In this document: piece by piece, positions 57,970 through 64,000 of the stretch
Numbering within the stretch: position 1 is the stretch's first letter
Layout: each line of letters starts with the position of its first letter
NCBI GenBank assembly: GCA_963718615.1
Contig: OY970368.1
Coordinates: forward strand, 5,152,001-5,216,000
Length of the DNA: 64,000 nucleotides
Origin: an uncultured cyanobacterium
GTDB taxonomy: Bacteria > Cyanobacteriota > Cyanobacteriia > PCC-9006 > JAAUQQ01
Direction of reading: 5' to 3'
Made by a program: the position numbers and the translations under genes
Notes under the pieces: generated by a model
What the model was told of the DNA's origin: nothing
Databases searched by the model: none
The model's input: the letters and a program-made list of their open reading frames with translations, nothing else

Positions 57970-58962
57970 TTAGCGAGCCTGGGCAAAGGTTTGCTGGGCT
58001 TGGGGCGTACCGACAAACCGCCAGTGCCAGGGCTCATAGGAGACATTTTGAAAATTATTGGGCGGGAACGACAGCTCAAAGCCGTAATAGGCCGCATTTT
58101 GATTGAGCCAACGAAACGCCGGGGTTCGCTCAAACGTGACTTCTAGATCGGCGCTAGGTGTACCACCATCTCCCAGGTCAATGGCATAGCCCGTGTGGTG
58201 TTCGCTGTGCCCCGGTGGTGCGCTAATCCGCGCTGCGGCGGCCTGGGAGCCTCGTCGTGCGGTCTGGGCCGTAAACAGATCGGCCTGCACATGAATATCC
58301 CGAAATCCAGAAATGGGAATAATCTCAACCCCGTCCCGCTGAGCCGCCTGGATCATTTGCTGATAGGCCGCTGCGGCATCGCGCTGGAGTTGCTCAGGCC
58401 GCGACCCATAGTAGCCTGCCACGACCAAGCTGCTGCGACTGGCTTCGGTATAGGGCAGATGGCCAAACTGGGTATTGATGGGAGCCGTGTTCGTTGTACT
58501 AGCCGTTAAAGGTGAATCTATCGCAGGTGCCAAAGGTAGAGGTTCAGAACGTACGGGTTCAGAACGCACAGGTTCAGAACGCACAGGTTCAAAACGCACA
58601 GGTTCAGAAGCCACAGGCCCAGAAACCGCGACCGGAGCTGAACCAACCGCCGCTGGGGAAGTCCCTAGGGGTGGAGGCGCGGCGGGTAACAGGGAAAGCA
58701 ATTGCTGATTGATTTGCTGATTGGAGGGGAGGGGCTGGGTCATGGCGATCGCCCGAGCCTGCCTAGGCCCTGGACTGCTCTCTCGCAAACCGCCGATGAG
58801 GTTAAAGGCGATCGCCAACGACAAACTCACTATCCCCAACGACAACACTTTCCAATGCCGTTTCGCAAACATAAAAATTCCCACTCCCAAAAACCCCAGA
58901 TCTATAGCGTTTCTATAGCGTTCCCGGCGGAAAGGGTGAAAGGTTTTTATTCTGAAGTTCAA
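57970..58962 (-). CDS. M15 family D-Ala-D-Ala carboxypeptidase (VanY-like)
   Basis: ISGFR, SEHHTGYAID, YEPWHWRF; N-terminal TM; SEPVR 15-bp repeats; true start probably near 58872. Confidence 0.9.
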   Translation of the reverse strand: MNFRIKTFHPFRRERYRNAIDLGFLGVGIFMFAKRHWKVLSLGIVSLSLAIAFNLIGGLRESSPGPRQARAIAMTQPLPSNQQINQQLLSLLPAAPPPLGTSPAAVGSAPVAVSGPVASEPVRFEPVRSEPVRSEPVRSEPLPLAPAIDSPLTASTTNTAPINTQFGHLPYTEASRSSLVVAGYYGSRPEQLQRDAAAAYQQMIQAAQRDGVEIIPISGFRDIHVQADLFTAQTARRGSQAAAARISAPPGHSEHHTGYAIDLGDGGTPSADLEVTFERTPAFRWLNQNAAYYGFELSFPPNNFQNVSYEPWHWRFVGTPQAQQTFAQAR

Positions 58963-59063
58963 TAAAACCTCAATCCTTCCTGCTCAAGAGAGATCCAGCC
59001 CTCGGCTCTGGGTTTGCGGATAAAATGAGAATTGCATGCACCGTTTAGGAGAAAATCCCAGCC

Positions 59064-59726
59064 ATGGCCCAGGCAATTGACCCCACACCTAATTCCAATC
59101 CGATTTATCAAGGACAGTTCGGTGAGTTTACGATTGACGATCGCGATCGCCGGGAGGTAATCCTTTACCGGGCGGGACTCGGGGTGGCGGCGGTGAGTTT
59201 TGCGATCGCCACGGCCCTCGTCATCTGGCAACCGGCATCGAGTCTGACGCTCAATCTACTGACGGGGCTCTATGGCCTGTTCTGGGCGGGACTAGGACTC
59301 AGTCTGTTTTACATTCATATCTATCTGAAAGTGTTGCACCGGGCGCTGCAAGGCTTTTGGCTGGTGGGGGGGGTGGCGTCTTTGGCGATCGCGCTCCTTG
59401 ACTCTCAGCCCCTGGCGCTTCAGGTGTATGAGCATCCTCGTTTACTGTTTGGGGTTGGTTTCACGTTTGTGGCACTGACGGGGATTTTCTTTAAGGAGGC
59501 GTTTTGTTTTAACCGTGCTGAAACTAAGGCCCTAACACCGCTTGTGCCGATGCTGTTGCTGGGTCATCTGGCTGGGGTGATTCAGCCGGGTACGGAACGG
59601 GTGCTGTTGCTGGTTTGGGCGATTTTGTTTGGGGTGTTTGCAGGGCGCAAGGCGATTCAGGGGATTCCGTCGGATATTGGTGATAAGAGTGTGTTTGAAT
59701 ACCTCAAGGCCCAGAATCAGGTCTAG
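59064..59726 (+). CDS. DUF2301 membrane protein
   Basis: YQGQFGEFTI, IHIYL, FKEAFCF, DIGDKSVF. Confidence 0.88.
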   Translation: MAQAIDPTPNSNPIYQGQFGEFTIDDRDRREVILYRAGLGVAAVSFAIATALVIWQPASSLTLNLLTGLYGLFWAGLGLSLFYIHIYLKVLHRALQGFWLVGGVASLAIALLDSQPLALQVYEHPRLLFGVGFTFVALTGIFFKEAFCFNRAETKALTPLVPMLLLGHLAGVIQPGTERVLLLVWAILFGVFAGRKAIQGIPSDIGDKSVFEYLKAQNQV

Positions 59727-59774
59727 AATCAGGTCCAGAATTAGGTCCAGTCCTGAGTTTGGCGAGATCCGGGT

Positions 59775-60086
59775 TTATTCGGAGTCTTCGTCGGGCCAAT
59801 GGTGTTGTAGGCGCTCTAGGATGCCATCGGTGTAGGTTTCTGGGTTTTGGCACAGATCGCGTAGGGCCTCTTGCAGGCGTTCGGCTTGCTGGTCGCGATC
59901 GCCCTCTGGGGGGTCTCCGGGGGGCAAAGTGCCGGTGGCTTGCATACAGATGAGTAGGCTGGTGAGGGCTTGCTGGCGCTCTAGGGTGCCGGGGGGATGT
60001 TGGAGGCTGCGGTTGAGGATCTGGTTGAGGGCGGCTTGGGTTTCTGGGGTGTTGGCGCTGGGGCGTTTGGGTCGGAAGAGGGACAT
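59775..60086 (-). CDS. 103-aa hypothetical protein resembling the N-terminus of cyanobacterial sigma-70-like proteins, copy 1
   Basis: QHPPGTLERQQALTSLL..LQEAL..LCQN; the ORF is conserved in both duplicate copies. Confidence 0.55.
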   Translation of the reverse strand: MSLFRPKRPSANTPETQAALNQILNRSLQHPPGTLERQQALTSLLICMQATGTLPPGDPPEGDRDQQAERLQEALRDLCQNPETYTDGILERLQHHWPDEDSE

Positions 60087-60254
60087 GGGTGGGCTAGCGC
60101 AAGAGGGTTGAGGGGTGAATCTGGATGTTAGATTCACTACTTGTAAGTATTTCTCTGGGCTAGCGACCTATGCGGGGAAGATTTCCTTTGGGTTGCTTCC
60201 ACAATAGGGTTGTAGGGACATGGCAATGTGTCACGCGCTGTAAGGTTGTACCCC

Positions 60255-60521
60255 GTGGCACTGACGGGCATTTTCTTTAAGGAGGCGTTTTGTTTTAATC
60301 GCGCTGAAACTAAGGCTCTAACGCCGCTTGTGCCGATGCTGTTGCTGGGTCATCTGGCTGGGGTGATTCAGCCGGGTACGGAACGGGTGCTGTTGCTGGT
60401 TTTGGCGGTTTTGTTTGGGGTGTTTGCAGGGCGTAAGACGATTCAGGAGATTCCGTCGGATATTGGCGATAAAAGTGTGTTTGAATACCTCAAGGCTCAG
60501 GCACGGTCGGCCCAGTCTTGA
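60255..60521 (+). pseudogene. 3' fragment of the DUF2301 gene
   Basis: Duplicate of 59469-59726 lacking the 5' part. Confidence 0.85.
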
Positions 60522-60547
60522 TGTTGGCTGGATCCGGGTTGATTGGT

Positions 60548-60859
60548 TTATTCGGAGTCTTCGTCGGGCCAATGGTGTTGTAGGCGTTCTAGGATGCCAT
60601 CGGTGTAGGTTTCTGGGTTTTGGCACAGATCGCGCAGGGCGTCTTGCAGGCGTTCGGCTTGCTGGTCGCGATCGCCCTCTGGAGGGTTTCCGGGGAGCAA
60701 GATACCGGTGGCTTGCATACAGATGAGCAGGCTGGTGAGGGCTTGCTGGCGCTCTAGGGTGCCAGGGGGGTGTTGGAGGCTGCGGTTGAGGATCTGGTTG
60801 AGGGCGGCTTGGGTTTCTGGGCTGTTGGCGGTGGGGCGTTTGGGTCGGAAGAAGGCCAT
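60548..60859 (-). CDS. 103-aa hypothetical protein, copy 2
   Basis: Paralogue of 59775-60086. Confidence 0.55.
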   Translation of the reverse strand: MAFFRPKRPTANSPETQAALNQILNRSLQHPPGTLERQQALTSLLICMQATGILLPGNPPEGDRDQQAERLQDALRDLCQNPETYTDGILERLQHHWPDEDSE

Positions 60860-60998
60860 GGGTGGGCTAGCGTGAGAGGGTTGAGGGAGTGAATCTGGGT
60901 GTTAGATTCACTACCTGTAAGTATTAAGAAGAAGTCAATAGACTTTCAATGGCATTTCACTTAACCTAAGATATCGTTGGCGATCTAGTAGAGTAAGC

Positions 60999-61144
60999 AT
61001 GGACCTCAATTTCCTCAGTGCCCTTGAACTACGCCAGATCTGCTACTTTCTGACCATCGTAGACAACGGCAACAACTTTAGCCGAGCCGCAGAATGCTTG
61101 TATGTCGAACAGCCACCCCTGAGTCAGCGGATTCGTACTCTCGA
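60999..61144 (+). pseudogene. LysR-family HTH fragment truncated by a CRISPR repeat
   Basis: ELRQICYF..NFSRAAECLYVEQPPLSQRIRTLE followed directly by repeat sequence. Confidence 0.85.
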
Positions 61145-61240
61145 ATTCAATTGGTTTCCCCAGCGAGTGGGGAGTGTGTCTTCTAGTCCATCGCACGTAG
61201 TCGTCTTGAGGTTTCCATTCAATTGGTTTCCCCAGCGAGT
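61145..61240 (-). CRISPR. Detached mini-array: two 30-nt truncated repeats and one 36-nt spacer
   Basis: 61145-61174 lacks GTTTCC; 61211-61240 lacks GGGGAG. Confidence 0.85.
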
Positions 61241-61325
61241 AAAGCGCTATACAATAACAACAGTTGAAAATAATGATATTGACAGTCTGTCCTAAAATCA
61301 GACGGCTTTTATCTTTGGAAATAAG

Positions 61326-61418
61326 GAAGATTTACCTCAAATCAGCATTGAAGATTATCAAATCAAGCTTTTAGTGTTTAGCCTAGATAGCTTAGAGGTC
61401 GTAGAATGGAGAGACTAA
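61326..61418 (+). pseudogene. xisH: xisH 3' fragment
   Basis: EDLPQISIEDYQIKLLVFSLDSLEVVEWRD* overlapping the xisI start. Confidence 0.65.
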
Positions 61419-61756
61419 CTGAGGAACAATTGGCTACGTATCGAACTTTGATTGAGCAAGTCATTCATCATTACAGCAAGTTCAAGCCGATTATTGGTGA
61501 TGTAGAACGAGAAATATCATTCGATCGAGAACGAGATCATTATCATCTTTTTACGCTCGGATGGAATGGCCATCAAAGAATTTATGGCTGTTTAATTCAT
61601 ATAGATATTCGAGATGGAAAAATCTGGATTCAGTATGATGGTACGGAAACTGGTGTGGCGAATGATCTGGTGGAGAGGGGTGTGGATAAGCAGCAAATTG
61701 TCTTGGCATTTCAGTCGGAAACTCTACGTCGGTATGGTGAGTTTGCGATCGTTTGA
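61406..61756 (+). CDS. xisI: XisI family protein
   Basis: FDRERDHY..GW..RIYGCLIHIDI.DGKIWIQYDGTE.GVA..IVLAF. Confidence 0.93.
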   Translation: MERLTEEQLATYRTLIEQVIHHYSKFKPIIGDVEREISFDRERDHYHLFTLGWNGHQRIYGCLIHIDIRDGKIWIQYDGTETGVANDLVERGVDKQQIVLAFQSETLRRYGEFAIV

Positions 61757-61843
61757 GTGGATGGTTGAGTCAGTATTGTCGTTTTCATTCAATGGGTGGC
61801 GTTGCTGAATCGAGGGATGTATGGATTTGCGGCGATCGCCAAC

Positions 61844-61872
61844 GTGGGTACATGGCAATGCCATGTACCCAC
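61844..61872. repeat. Palindrome with perfect 14-bp arms (REP-like)
   Basis: GTGGGTACATGGCA-A-TGCCATGTACCCAC; related half copy at 60212-60228. Confidence 0.75.
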
Positions 61873-61900
61873 CAAATTCATGCCTAAAATCAGCAATGCC

Positions 61901-64000
61901 CAATTGGTTTCCCCAGCGAGTGGGGAGGACTAAACCACAGCGCCGTAATTGACTACGCATTAGGTGTTTCCATTCAATTGGTTTCCCCAGCGAGTGGGGA
62001 GGTAACAGTTTGTAACGGAGGGTTTACGACCATGAGCTGTTTCCATTCAATTGGTTTCCCCAGCGAGTGGGGAGCAAGTCTGTCATGGGAAAATTGTACT
62101 CAAATGCAATTAGTTTCCATTCAATTGGTTTCCCCAGCGAGTGGGGAGAGGGCGGTAACTTCTTCGTGAATTACTGCCGAGAGATTGCCGGTTTCCATTC
62201 AATTGGTTTCCCCAGCGAGTGGGGAGCGGAGAACAGGCACAAGCTTGCTAAGCCCACACTTAGTTTCCATTCAATTGGTTTCCCCAGCGAGTGGGGAGGA
62301 TCAAGCCCGCCGCTGCGTTTGTGCAGTACGTTCAGTTTCCATTCAATTGGTTTCCCCAGCGAGTGGGGAGGACGTTAGTATTCAAGTTATTACGGCAAAT
62401 ATCTAAGTCCGGTTTCCATTCAATTGGTTTCCCCAGCGAGTGGGGAGGGTGTATGGGATGTAGATGTCCAAGACCCTGGATATAAACAGTTTCCATTCAA
62501 TTGGTTTCCCCAGCGAGTGGGGAGGCGCGGGCGAAAGTGTCACACCATACCGATGTCCGTCGTTGAGTTTCCATTCAATTGGTTTCCCCAGCGAGTGGGG
62601 AGGTTTCTCTGTTTTGTAGCTCAGGATGCGGCACTTCTGACCTAGTTTCCATTCAATTGGTTTCCCCAGCGAGTGGGGAGGTGACGCTGGTTACAAGGTA
62701 TTGATGCGGATGTTATCCGTTTCCATTCAATTGGTTTCCCCAGCGAGTGGGGAGGAAACAGCATTCTTACGATGGCTAGCGCGGTTAACTGCCGTTTCCA
62801 TTCAATTGGTTTCCCCAGCGAGTGGGGAGGCTTCGCAAAATCGATACAGACATAAACTCTCTGTATGTTTCCATTCAATTGGTTTCCCCAGCGAGTGGGG
62901 AGGCTTATCCCACTAGCGCGAAAGTGAAAGTTGATCCAATACGTTTCCATTCAATTGGTTTCCCCAGCGAGTGGGGAGGCAAAACCTACCAAGGAGAAAA
63001 AAGCCGGTGTGAAGGTTTCCATTCAATTGGTTTCCCCAGCGAGTGGGGAGGTTGGAAATGCATTCCCGCTGGAATAACTCCTGCTGTCTAAGGTTTCCAT
63101 TCAATTGGTTTCCCCAGCGAGTGGGGAGGCCCAAAAGCGCAGCACCAACAGCCCCGTAAACAAGTTTCCATTCAATTGGTTTCCCCAGCGAGTGGGGAGG
63201 CCTTTAAGGACCAGAGCAAGACCGGACGAGCGATGAAAGCGTGTTTCCATTCAATTGGTTTCCCCAGCGAGTGGGGAGCGCCAAGGATGCTCGGGCTCAT
63301 AGTTTTCATGAAACGCCGAAGTTTCCATTCAATTGGTTTCCCCAGCGAGTGGGGAGGCCAGGTGCAAAACAACAAACCCAAATACACCCCAAGGAGTTTC
63401 CATTCAATTGGTTTCCCCAGCGAGTGGGGAGGCACGTACGCTTTATCTTTGCCCTTACCGGCCCCTTGTTTCCATTCAATTGGTTTCCCCAGCGAGTGGG
63501 GAGTTGAATTAAACGGTTTTGTTTTTAATAATATTTCCCGGTTTCCATTCAATTGGTTTCCCCAGCGAGTGGGGAGAACTAAGAGTTCTTTTCGAGACAC
63601 CCTCGCATCTGTATCGGTTTCCATTCAATTGGTTTCCCCAGCGAGTGGGGAGCCTGAGGGTGGGGCGCATGAATAAAAATTTCATCACCCTAGTTTCCAT
63701 TCAATTGGTTTCCCCAGCGAGTGGGGAGTACTTTACTTTACCGAGGTTTTTACCATGGCTATTCCTGGTTTCCATTCAATTGGTTTCCCCAGCGAGTGGG
63801 GAGGCCAATCACCTCGCCGAGCCCTATCTCGAATCCCAATTGATGTTTCCATTCAATTGGTTTCCCCAGCGAGTGGGGAGCCGATGACTGGGGCAATATC
63901 CCGATGGGGTACTGCCGGTTTGGGTTTCCATTCAATTGGTTTCCCCAGCGAGTGGGGAGTCCAGTTCAGACTAGTAAAGGGTATGTGGACAACTAGTTTC
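61901..64000 (-). CRISPR. CRISPR array, 36-nt repeat CTCCCCACTCGCTGGGGAAACCAATTGAATGGAAAC; 27 full repeats, 28 spacers of 35-43 nt; continues beyond the window
   Basis: Exact repeats from 61966 to 63959; the 3' GAAAC end and the decayed left end imply minus-strand transcription; resembles the Synechocystis PCC 6803 CRISPR3 (III-Bv) repeat. Confidence 0.98.

Larger units (their letters stand above)
59469..60925. repeat. Tandem duplication of about 0.68 kb (59469-60151 and 60255-60925)
   Basis: Both copies start gtggcactgacggg and end tgtaagtatt; they diverge at the convergent gene ends. Confidence 0.92.

Noticed and set aside
61724-63887. ORFs across the CRISPR array (FHSIGFPSEWG, LPTRWGNQL repeats)
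   Set aside because: Translations of the repeat, not genes
61175-63995. Self-targeting spacers within this window
   Set aside because: None seen by eye; the check was not exhaustive and needs BLAST
1-64000. Frequent GCGATCGC octamers and short in-frame tandem repeats (TPPVS, SEPVR, TTE)
   Set aside because: HIP1 is a known genome-wide cyanobacterial feature, and the short repeats look like slippage in linkers

Overview
Cyanobacterial chromosomal segment (dense HIP1 GCGATCGC octamers, NtcA boxes, Uma2/XisI/DUF4347 families). From the left: NtcA-controlled urea uptake genes (urtA-D) and ureG, an AmiC-type amidase, a monofunctional catalase, a toxin-antitoxin pair, queG, a giant DUF4347/FG-GAP surface protein, a PAS-GGDEF protein, two tandem Rpn nucleases and an AT-rich island. 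The middle holds a Tes/MJ0619-like radical SAM gene next to an Lgt paralogue, and a yybP-ykoY riboswitch ahead of a GDT1 transporter. The best candidate for an undescribed system is at 35.1-43.2 kb: an ECF sigma factor, two anti-sigma factors, an APH-fold kinase, a double-glycine peptide with an Asp/His/Arg-rich repeated core, and a PCAT/HlyD exporter, with the same TGATC(C/T)-N16-CGTAT promoter in front of all three transcription units. Next come a Ro60/TROVE gene and two tRNA-mimic Y-RNA-like genes that share an unrecognised multi-box promoter, a nuclease-ParA/ParB-HeH module, a NACHT-HEAT protein and rpmF. Two cassette-like tandem duplications follow, and the window ends inside a type III-associated CRISPR array (27 complete repeats) with a rearranged trailer end. 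All family calls come from motif recognition by eye; no searches or computations were run.
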